Shown in pieces: positions 44,678 through 54,500 of a DNA stretch of 64,000 nt. The notes under the pieces were generated by a model that did no database searches, was not told where the DNA came from, and worked only from the letters and a program-made list of their open reading frames with translations. Made by a program: the position numbers and the translations under genes. The first letter of the stretch is position 1. Each line of letters begins with the position of its first letter. Source of the stretch: a virus; the IMG/VR virus record IMGVR_UViG_3300034060_000588, positions 1-64,000 of that record; one strand, 5' to 3'.

Positions 44678-47600
44678 TTATAAAGATTCTAATAAATTAT
44701 AAGATTTGGTTATTTTTTCTTTGATTTTTTCTTTATCAGACTCAATCATTTCATCGTACACTTTTGTTGATTTGTTTTTTGGGAAATCAATTATATATGT
44801 TTTAGTGACAGCATTTATTATTGTCGTTTTTATTTGAGCATCTGTTGTTGCTGTTTTATCTAAATAAGATTCAATAGATCCCAATTTTCCGGTATATTTA
44901 TTTATCATAAAATCAAGGAATTTTTCCAAGTTAGAAAATTTTGCCATTGGTACTTTTAAGTTTGTCCCTTGATCAACACAAAAATATTCTGAATCAAAAT
45001 ATGTTGCTGATCCACCCCAATCTATATTAAGTGGTATTGCCGCATAATTGTTTTCAACACTTTTAAAGTTTTGAGAATTAAAACTTCCAATGTATATTGT
45101 ACTAAAAATAAAAGCTCTTAAAAGTCCTGATCTTTCACTATCCAAACCTTGACTCTTAATTTTTTGGGTTAATAAATCATATAAATTTTTAAACGTTGTT
45201 GTCATTTCTGTTGGTGTGATATTTACATAATCTTGGTATGATCTAATTAAATTGGCTGAACAACTCTGTGTTGATACGGTACCAATACCGGATGTTGCAT
45301 AACTTACAGAACTATTTACTTCTGTTTTAACATTTTCTGGTGTTTCACTTAATCGGTTATCCTCTTCTTGAATTTTTTGTCTTAATGATGTTAAAATTTT
45401 AGTACTTAATGACTGTAAATATTTATCAAGAGCTGGAATACTATAAAAGGGTTGTCTCTGGCCTTCAAATGTTGTATCAAAACCAGAATCATTAATTTTA
45501 TGGGTTACTTTTGTAATCATATATGGACCGCTAAACATTGGTACGTATCTCAAGTTAAAATACATCATTGGTTGTATCATAGCGTTACCTAACATATCAA
45601 CACTACATTTATAACTTCTATTTCTATATACGTTATATAAGGAAGCACTTTGTGATGCGCCAGCTCTATTTCTATTTAAGTTAGCCATTTGGTTTAACAT
45701 TTCTAAAGATTCTGTTGTTGGGTCTCCGGGTTCTTGTGAAACATCAAATCTTTTAAATATCTGTTGATTTTGTGGTCCCATATCAACGTTAAAACCAACA
45801 ACTTTGTTTGATCTATCCCAATCTTGTTTTCCGTCTTGATCTTCAACTAACGGACAATCGCTGGCTCTTCGTAAATCAAAAGCGTCGTCTCTAAATCTAT
45901 AATCAACGTTTTCATTAAGTGCTAAATGTTCACTAGGTTTACTGGCGTATAAACACAAAAATTTTGAACTAGTTTCTCTATAGTCTAATGTTGCAAATGT
46001 CCCAAACAATGTATTTGCAAACTCTAACGACCCTTCTGGTGCTGGGGTTGGGTTTTTACTAGCATCTTGTACGTTATAAAAATTGGCGTAAGCTGGTAAT
46101 GTAAAAAATGTAAAATTATTTTCAGTTATTATTGTTGAAACGATGTCTATCATTTTATTTTTATACGAACCATAATCAATTGTGTCTTTTGCTTTAAACA
46201 CATCAACATAAATTTTTTGTCCAACGTCCCTACTTGCTCTATCAAATAATAATACGTCTTCAAATAGAGTTTTTGTTTTATAGTCACCTCCGGCAATCCA
46301 GGTATCGTTTAGTCCCTTGAACATATCATATAGTTCATACCTTGTTTGTTCCCCATCTAAATCCGCTTTTACCTTTTTTGATTCTTTTTTTATTGTTACA
46401 GATTTTAAATTTTTTCTAACAGTTGTCAACTCTAAACCCAATACTGTGTTAATATATGTTTCACTTTTAGTGATATAATTAGACATAAGAGTAAAAAACT
46501 TTGTCCTATTCAGTGATGGGTCTTGTAATTTTTGTGTAGCATATATCTTTATTATTGGTGCAAAATTTATCACGTTTTGTTCTGAAAATTCCACATTTAT
46601 ATCAATAAAAAAATCTGTTATATATGAACCCGAATCAGAATACCTTAACAAAGTTATTTCAGAAAAACCAACATAGGTTTCTAATGTCTTCCAGGTATTT
46701 GGGTATTGTAATTTTGAGTTTGCTAATGTTATTGTGTTTGATGACGATGGTAAAGCGTTTGGTGAATTTGTTTTATAGTAGTTATATGAATATGGATCTT
46801 GTATAAAATCGTTTGAGAATGTATAAAAGAGTCTTTTGTTAAAATTAGACGGGTTTCCGTATTTTAACACAACTTGATATTCCATAAAGTTTTTAAAGTT
46901 GCTTTGAAAATTTGTTATCTGATTTTCTTGAACTTCCTGAATTATCTCACTAGCAGTTGTTTTTGTTGGTTTTGGTATTTTCATCAACAACCTCATAAGT
47001 GCTTGAAAGTTTTTAAAGTCTTTTTGTGATTGTAGTTCTTCGTTTTTTGGTGATAATGTTGTTTCGTAGTCATAAACCGATTTAGAAAATAATAAAAATT
47101 CTTTCTCTAATGTATCTAAAACATCTTTATCAAATGCACTAAACATATCGTCTATCTTTGAATAATTTGATGACTTCCCGTTTATTGAAAAGTTTTCTTG
47201 TGTTGGTAATTCGGATAAGACGTTTTTTAAATATGCATCCGGTGATGGTATGCTAACCTTTTGGTCATCAAAATAACCGTAGTTAGGTGCTTTCCAAAAA
47301 CTACGTATACTACCGTTAAATAATGCTGGATTGTTTTTTAATTCTGTTTTTAAATTTCCAATATTGTTAAAACATTCCTGACCAACTTGGTTTGTTGGTG
47401 CGCCAAAAGACGGTAGTGGAAATATAAACTCTTCGTCTTGGACTGGTGCATAACAACTCCAAGATTTCAACATTAAAGATCTATTACTACTCAAAGGGTC
47501 AAATCCGTTTAATTTTGTTAAAACGGTATTGTTGTCAAAATTTAAATATAATGATCCGTCATTTATTGCAGCTTGTATGTCTCCACTTGAGTAGTCTATA

Positions 47601-50600
47601 TTTTCTACATTTGCCAATTTAAAATCTGTCAATGATAAACCAGTTGGGTATGTTTCAGAGATTAAATACTTTCCAGCACCCCCCGTTGTTCCAGAAATTT
47701 GAGAAAGAATTGTTGTGCCTAAAATAATGTTAGGTCCGGATAATATACTCCCAGTAATTAAATCTGGTGATGTAATACTCACAATTTCTAAAATATTTGT
47801 TGTTGCCGAAACTTTACAAGTACCGGAAACTTCATATGTCGAATCAAAAACTCTTGTCCCTTGATAAAAAACGTTAAAATCGTCTAATGTTTTTGGGTAA
47901 AACCCCGTGTTCATAACCGTTTTACTAAGTGGACCAACAGTTAAATCTTCTTGTAGTACAAATTTGTAAGGTGATCCGTCAATAATTAGATCATAATTTT
48001 TAGTTACAGCACTTGTGATTGGGTCGTAATTTCCTTCGTAGTTAAAATCTCCCCAAATGTCTTGTAAAAAATCAACACCGGTTTCTATCCAGGTTTTATA
48101 CCTATGCCAAACACCACCATATTTTAAGATCCAAGAATATGGTAATTTATGTATTGCCCCATATTTTTTTAATGTTGCTAACACATAGTCTAATTCTTTT
48201 ATAACACCGTTATCGTAAGTTTTATATCTCTCAACTGTAGTTGTTAATGGTAAACTACTTAAAAAAAGATAAGCAGCTTCTTTATATGGATATTGGTTAA
48301 AAGAATTGTACCTAAATTCATAAACACCTTTTTGTATTGCATTAACAAAATAAGGTGTGTTTAATATTGATGTTGTTTGTGCGGCAGTAAGGTTATTTGT
48401 GTAATTAATATAATTTAAATTACCTTCAGTTATATATTGTTTATTAAAACTTCTACTTTCATAGAATGTTTTTAAATTCGTCAAATTTAATGTCTGGGAG
48501 AAGGTTGTCGGTTCATAATTAAAATTTGATATTGGTAATTTTAATACTGCCGATCCTTGTTCAAAGTTTGTAACAGATTTATAAACTTCATTATAATTTA
48601 AAACATTTGCCGTTATAAATGTGTCAATAGGAAAATTAATAACACTTCCGCCGGCCATATAATTTTGTATCCAACCTATATTGGTTAATGGGTATATGTC
48701 CGGAAAATCAAAATTTTCAACAACAACATTTTTACTAAAGTATTTTGTGATTAGATCGCTATTATCAACAGACAAACTTGGTTTACTTTCGTTGTTGTCT
48801 AAAATCTCAACATTAAAAATCTCAAATGTTTTTTTAGTGTCATTTTTTATATATGGTGTATTAAACTCACCTCTTATATAGTTTTGCCAAGATGGTCCTT
48901 GTCCCTGATTTGAGATGTCTCTTAAAAAAGATAGAAAATCAGATAAATCATATTCTTTTAACTTATTAGATAAATAAGGGTTGTCATCACCTAGAGCTTC
49001 CACAATATTTAATCTTTCCATTTCGGCAACATAGAAAGGTATGTTATATTGATAAACACCATCTCTATTCATTCTTTCATAAAATGAATTAATAAGTAAC
49101 CTTTCATACATTTCGTAGAAAAACTTAACTTCTTCAGTGTTGGCAAAAACGTCATTCCCAATAGGAAACTCTATAGAGTTAAGACTTAATCTTTTTGGGT
49201 TTACCAATGAGTTTGAAATTGTTTCGGGTTCAGGTATTTGTGTTTCTCTTGTTGAGTATCCACTTATAAATTCCTCAATGAACTCAACCTCTGGCCAAAT
49301 TTCTGGGTTAAACGCATTCAAGGACGTTGCAACAGCATCATCCCCAGGATAAACTAGTTCATATTTCTCACCATCTTTTTTGGTATCGTTTTTATTTATA
49401 ATTTGCGGCCAAGGGTATACCGGTGTTTGTGATTCCGGTAAATCTTTTACATCAACACTTGACGCAGTACTGTTGTTAAAAATTGCTCCCTTCCTAAACC
49501 TATCTTCTCTTACATTCCAAGCTTTAGTGTGTACATCGTCCATAAGTCTCAATAGTGCTTCGCCTTGGGCGAAAAAGACGGCCAAAACATTTCTAATTGT
49601 TGGTTCAAACCCTATACCACCATCGGCAACACTACCCGAAATTCTATTAGACAAATCTTTTGTTAGTTCGTCTTCTATTGTTTTTTTCTGTTTTAAAAAA
49701 TCTTCTTTAATTTTGTTAATTTTCTCAATAAATGAGTCTTTACCTTCATAAAAATATAAATCTTTACCATTAATTTCTTTCCCTATTTGTACTTCAAATC
49801 CACTAGTTATTTGTTGATTACCTATTGGGTATTCATTACCTGTTCTCTGAAAATAAGTTTTTTTTAAATCTAAATCAGACGTTGATTTTACACTACTAAT
49901 AAAAATACAAAAACTTGTTGAGTTACATACAATATCAATTGGTACACTATTTTTAGTGTTTTTACCTAATGTTTTGTTATTTTCAAGAAGTTTGTTGTAT
50001 TTTAAAACAAGCGCTTTAAGTCTTACGTCCGCATCAAAAATATTTATTAGTTCTTTTTTATATAAGTAATTTAATCGACCTAAAGTGTCTGTATAAGGGT
50101 TTTTTTCGTCTAAAAAAGTTTTAACCCAAGAGTCTGTATATGTCACAACTTCAGATCTATACAACTCCAAGTTTTTTTCAAAATCATCAATATCGTTTAG
50201 AATATTCATATTTGTTTTCTTAAAACTTTCATAAATTGTTTTTAAGAAAATATTTAACCTTCTTTGTAATTGTTGAATTGTTAGCTCTGGGAAATTTTCA
50301 TCAATTAACCCTTTAGACTTATATTCAGAATAAAGTTCTTTCATTTTTTGGTAACCACCGCTAGAAAATGACCTATCTAATGTTACGGAAGAAGTTTGGT
50401 TTGTTTGAGTCTCGTTCTTTGTTTCAATAACTGACCTATACATAAATGGAACAGCTAGCATCCCACCCCACGGAATGTAGGATAATATAGAATATTTGTA
50501 TGAATAAAATTTTAACTGTACTCTGAAATTACCACTGCTTGAATCATAACTACTTGTAAACGTGTATAACATTAACGGTATTCTCACCGCTTTACCTAAA

Positions 50601-51196
50601 TAACCTTTAATTGTTAGATAAAAAATTGGGTATGGTAGTTGGAAAAAGGCCGCGTAAGGTGAGTTATTTCCACCTTCAAAAAGTGCCCTACCTTTAACGT
50701 CTTCTAGTGTTACATCAATAACTGGTAAAAAATCTGTACCATATGTTATTGATATATCTGTTATACCTAATAGTCCGTTGTCAACCGCACCTGGTTGTCC
50801 GTCTGAAGTTAGTGTTTGTTGAACGTAGTAGTTATCGCTTTTATTTGGTGCGTATTTTACATTTGAGTTCACTTGGTTTACACCTCTGCCTTGTAGGGTG
50901 TTTTTTCCTGTTATTTCATCGGTGTATGCATCATCAAGAAACGTCTTAAATCCGGGGTTTAAAAAATTTATCTTACCAACGGAAATTGTTTTAAGGGATT
51001 CGTCAAGTGGTACACCAACGGCTAATTTTGTCCTAGGGACAACATTACACTCAAGATTAGCGTACATAATCAAATCTTCGTGATTGATTAATCGTTCACT
51101 TACTTTTCCGTTATTATCAACTAACTTATTTGGGTCTATAACGGTAATGTTTTGATAATCAAATTCAACTAAAATATTTTCGCCGTTATTTACCAT
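44678..51196 (-). CDS. Very large baseplate hub-like protein (gp27/GPD-like fold with big insertions)
   Basis: 2172 aa; GITDISI...VTLEDVKG N-region; C-region SYKCSVDMLGNAMIQPMMYFNL..PMFSGPYMITKVTHKI...FDTTFEG. Confidence 0.7.
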   Translation of the reverse strand: MVNNGENILVEFDYQNITVIDPNKLVDNNGKVSERLINHEDLIMYANLECNVVPRTKLAVGVPLDESLKTISVGKINFLNPGFKTFLDDAYTDEITGKNTLQGRGVNQVNSNVKYAPNKSDNYYVQQTLTSDGQPGAVDNGLLGITDISITYGTDFLPVIDVTLEDVKGRALFEGGNNSPYAAFFQLPYPIFYLTIKGYLGKAVRIPLMLYTFTSSYDSSSGNFRVQLKFYSYKYSILSYIPWGGMLAVPFMYRSVIETKNETQTNQTSSVTLDRSFSSGGYQKMKELYSEYKSKGLIDENFPELTIQQLQRRLNIFLKTIYESFKKTNMNILNDIDDFEKNLELYRSEVVTYTDSWVKTFLDEKNPYTDTLGRLNYLYKKELINIFDADVRLKALVLKYNKLLENNKTLGKNTKNSVPIDIVCNSTSFCIFISSVKSTSDLDLKKTYFQRTGNEYPIGNQQITSGFEVQIGKEINGKDLYFYEGKDSFIEKINKIKEDFLKQKKTIEDELTKDLSNRISGSVADGGIGFEPTIRNVLAVFFAQGEALLRLMDDVHTKAWNVREDRFRKGAIFNNSTASSVDVKDLPESQTPVYPWPQIINKNDTKKDGEKYELVYPGDDAVATSLNAFNPEIWPEVEFIEEFISGYSTRETQIPEPETISNSLVNPKRLSLNSIEFPIGNDVFANTEEVKFFYEMYERLLINSFYERMNRDGVYQYNIPFYVAEMERLNIVEALGDDNPYLSNKLKEYDLSDFLSFLRDISNQGQGPSWQNYIRGEFNTPYIKNDTKKTFEIFNVEILDNNESKPSLSVDNSDLITKYFSKNVVVENFDFPDIYPLTNIGWIQNYMAGGSVINFPIDTFITANVLNYNEVYKSVTNFEQGSAVLKLPISNFNYEPTTFSQTLNLTNLKTFYESRSFNKQYITEGNLNYINYTNNLTAAQTTSILNTPYFVNAIQKGVYEFRYNSFNQYPYKEAAYLFLSSLPLTTTVERYKTYDNGVIKELDYVLATLKKYGAIHKLPYSWILKYGGVWHRYKTWIETGVDFLQDIWGDFNYEGNYDPITSAVTKNYDLIIDGSPYKFVLQEDLTVGPLSKTVMNTGFYPKTLDDFNVFYQGTRVFDSTYEVSGTCKVSATTNILEIVSITSPDLITGSILSGPNIILGTTILSQISGTTGGAGKYLISETYPTGLSLTDFKLANVENIDYSSGDIQAAINDGSLYLNFDNNTVLTKLNGFDPLSSNRSLMLKSWSCYAPVQDEEFIFPLPSFGAPTNQVGQECFNNIGNLKTELKNNPALFNGSIRSFWKAPNYGYFDDQKVSIPSPDAYLKNVLSELPTQENFSINGKSSNYSKIDDMFSAFDKDVLDTLEKEFLLFSKSVYDYETTLSPKNEELQSQKDFKNFQALMRLLMKIPKPTKTTASEIIQEVQENQITNFQSNFKNFMEYQVVLKYGNPSNFNKRLFYTFSNDFIQDPYSYNYYKTNSPNALPSSSNTITLANSKLQYPNTWKTLETYVGFSEITLLRYSDSGSYITDFFIDINVEFSEQNVINFAPIIKIYATQKLQDPSLNRTKFFTLMSNYITKSETYINTVLGLELTTVRKNLKSVTIKKESKKVKADLDGEQTRYELYDMFKGLNDTWIAGGDYKTKTLFEDVLLFDRASRDVGQKIYVDVFKAKDTIDYGSYKNKMIDIVSTIITENNFTFFTLPAYANFYNVQDASKNPTPAPEGSLEFANTLFGTFATLDYRETSSKFLCLYASKPSEHLALNENVDYRFRDDAFDLRRASDCPLVEDQDGKQDWDRSNKVVGFNVDMGPQNQQIFKRFDVSQEPGDPTTESLEMLNQMANLNRNRAGASQSASLYNVYRNRSYKCSVDMLGNAMIQPMMYFNLRYVPMFSGPYMITKVTHKINDSGFDTTFEGQRQPFYSIPALDKYLQSLSTKILTSLRQKIQEEDNRLSETPENVKTEVNSSVSYATSGIGTVSTQSCSANLIRSYQDYVNITPTEMTTTFKNLYDLLTQKIKSQGLDSERSGLLRAFIFSTIYIGSFNSQNFKSVENNYAAIPLNIDWGGSATYFDSEYFCVDQGTNLKVPMAKFSNLEKFLDFMINKYTGKLGSIESYLDKTATTDAQIKTTIINAVTKTYIIDFPKNKSTKVYDEMIESDKEKIKEKITKSYNLLESL

Positions 51197-51509
51197 AATA
51201 GAATCTATAATTATCTAAAGTAGATTTATACTCTTGTAATGAAGTTACTAAAGGATATGGTATTGTCAATACTGATCCGTCTGGAATGTTAAATTCAAAA
51301 CCAGTAAATTCAGGATTTGCTTGTAAGATCAACCAACCAAAAAATGGTGAATTATAATATTGTTGGGAAATTTTATCTAATCTAGATTGACCAACTCTAT
51401 AGATATATTTTTTATCACTACTTTTAGGTTGTAATGTTAAGTAAGGAACAACAGTTTGTTCTCCGTTTACTAAAAAATTACTATATCTATTGTAGTATTG
51501 TAATGCCAT
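51186..51509 (-). CDS. LysM-like baseplate protein (tail X/gp53-like)
   Basis: SRLDKISQQYYNSPFFGWLILQANP...IPDGSVLTIP. Confidence 0.85.
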   Translation of the reverse strand: MALQYYNRYSNFLVNGEQTVVPYLTLQPKSSDKKYIYRVGQSRLDKISQQYYNSPFFGWLILQANPEFTGFEFNIPDGSVLTIPYPLVTSLQEYKSTLDNYRFYYGK

Positions 51510-51511
51510 AA

Positions 51512-54500
51512 TTAATTAAATGTTGTTTTGCCGTTGAACGTCTCTTTATTTTCATTCAAGTTTTTATTGTTATATAAGTCTTTTATTTTTTTCTTTTTCT
51601 GTCCGCTATTACCAATCTCCTCTGTTGTGTAACCAATTTTTTTATCTTTAAAAAAGTTTATGGTTTGTGATGCTCCTTCAAGTGTAAACTTAATTTCATA
51701 TTTTGAGAACTCTTGAAATTCTACATCCTTGTCCAAAGTTTCAAAATATTTAATTTCTGCTACGTGATCATCATAACACCTATTTTTGAATCCAGTACAT
51801 ATTTCTTTAATTTGTAATTCTAAACCATTTATTTTTTTCACTTCACTATCAATTAATGAATTTACAAAAGCATCAAATTTATTGTTGTTTAATAGTATAT
51901 TTGACATCCCCATATAATATCTTTTATCCGGTATTGTTGTAATTTTTAAATCTCCTGAATTAGATGTGTAAATCGTATTTTCTTCGTCATAAAAACTTTC
52001 GGATAAGATTATTTTTGTTTTGAGTAGATTTAAAAAATAAATTAGATCTCTTTGAGTTGATTGTTGGTAAGCGTCGGTTATTTCTGTTATTAGTTGATTG
52101 GTTGATTCAGCAGATAAACTATAAACCTTAATATCACCAGTTTTTAATTTTACACCATCTAAATTGTCGCAAACAACATCTGTCTTTCTTAATGAATAAT
52201 TTAGTGTTTCTTCTGTTGCAACAATACTATTAACTTGTTGTTGTACCAATAAATTTAATTCAATTTCGTTAGTTTTAAGAGTCTTTTTCAAAGTTTCTTT
52301 AATATTTCTAAAGATATTACTTGGTATGTTTTTAATGTTATTCATACCAACAATTATTGGGTTTGTGTCGTCGTTAACATCTTTTACACAATTATCAATT
52401 AATTTACCAAATCTTTTTGATATGTTATCTGGTTTTCCATATAAAACCGTTTCTTTTTTTAATGTTAGGTCTAAAATATTTCCTTTTGTGTAGTTACTTT
52501 TTTTATACACTAATTGAGAAATACCCCAATTTGTTACTTCAGTTATTGACTTATTTTGATTAACAACAGTATTAAAATAATTTTTTGTATTTTCTTGTAA
52601 TTCACCCATAAGATTGTAATAACTAATTTCACCAGTTTCAATACCCGTTGTTGTGTCTAAATTAGTTGTTACAATATTACCAATCGGTGTTAACCCTTTT
52701 TGTGATATCTGATTTTCAACATCTTTAGATTTAACTGGGGGTCCTGCGTTACCAACTATTAATTTTGCTAGTTGTAAGTCTCTATCACTTATTTCTTTTT
52801 TATCCGTAGATATTGATCTTTCGTCATAAATTTCAGTATTACCATAGTAATTGAATGAGAGCGCATTTTGAAGTTGTTTGATTGGTCCGGCCAAACCTTG
52901 TCCGCCTATAAAATCAAAACTTAATGTAATTTTTGCAATCATTGGTTGTACACCAATACCTTCTGGGTTTATATCGTAAACTAATGGGTCAAATGTAATA
53001 CCTAAACTATTTGGGATAATTTTAGTGTGGTAAAAATCTCCAATCCTTAACACTAATACTGGTGGTGTTCCAAACGAAGTATTTAATGCGTCGTTATATT
53101 TCAATTGATTATCATTTCCTACAACTGGTATTGTTTGTCCCGGTCTCATACATTGGTTTAAGAATGTCAAACGAGAGTTTAATCCTTCTGGTGTTGTTGA
53201 ATGGAATGCCGGGCTAAAATATTTTATTTTTTCTTTTATGGATTCATATACCATTGGGTTTGTTTCCTTAATGGCTTCAAAATAATCACACTCTGAAAAC
53301 AAATTTCTCAATATTTTTTTTGATATTCCTTCTTTTAATTTTTGTACTGGGTCTGGTTTTTTTACTGGTTTTTTTGGTGGTGTTATAATTACAGTGTTAT
53401 CCGGATTTGGGTCTGGATCTGGGTTTGGTTCAATAACTGGGTCTACTGGTGCCGCTTTTGTTGTATAACTTTGTAATATAACACTTCTACAAGCCATAGC
53501 CGGAACGTTAAATTCACCCTTCGTTTCATTACAATTGATCGTATTTCCGTTGTATGAAACAATGGACTGAAATGCAAGAGCTTCGGGTTCCGCTAAAATT
53601 AATTTTCCGTCGGTATAATAATCTTTAAAGGTTTTAGTATCACTTACCTTTTTTTGAAAAAGATACTGTAGTACTGAATCGTACCTTCTTTTAGCTAAAA
53701 ATCTATTGTATACGTCTGCAGTTTGATTACAAGCACTCCCACCACCAACAGTATTTGTCGCCCCAACAAAAGTCATATTTACTTCACCGCCATCACCTAA
53801 AATATTCCCAATTTTATCTAAAAATTCATCAACAACTGAAACACTTTTTTCTATTTCCTTATTAAAAAAGTCAATAACAGAGTCTGCCGGATATTCAACA
53901 CCATTATTTTTTGCCGCTTCTTTGTTTGCAACATAATTACCATTATTACCAACTTTTGTTGTTTTTTGAGTTAATAAATTTTTATAGTAAGTACTATAAT
54001 CGTCATCACTTGTTATTTGTTCACACTTACCACCAGAAATTCTGGGTTGTCCTTGAGCAAAATAGATCATATAATTAGGAGTTAATTCTTCTTCAATAAT
54101 AACTTTTTTACGGGAATTATCAGTACCTGTACCATCGGTTGTTTGATTACCAGAGTTAGCCCCACCACTTTTTTCTTCTTTTATTTTACTTATTTCACTT
54201 AAAACAGTATTAACTTCTTCTGGTGTTGTTCTCGCATCATTTAATATTTCTTGATACGTATATAATTCACTAATTGGTATTTGATTAAATTTTGCCGCCA
54301 AATCATATAAATCGTATTTTACGCAACCAGCAAAAAACGAATCCACAATTGAGTTAACTTCTTGATCTGTTTTTTTTGCTAATTGTTTTTCAATAATTGT
54401 ATTTAAAGAGGATGGGTTATCAACAACAATTTTCCAAGAAATTGTTCCGGATCTTGACGAATTTTGATATGTATAAATTGGTTCTGGTCTACCCAAGAAT

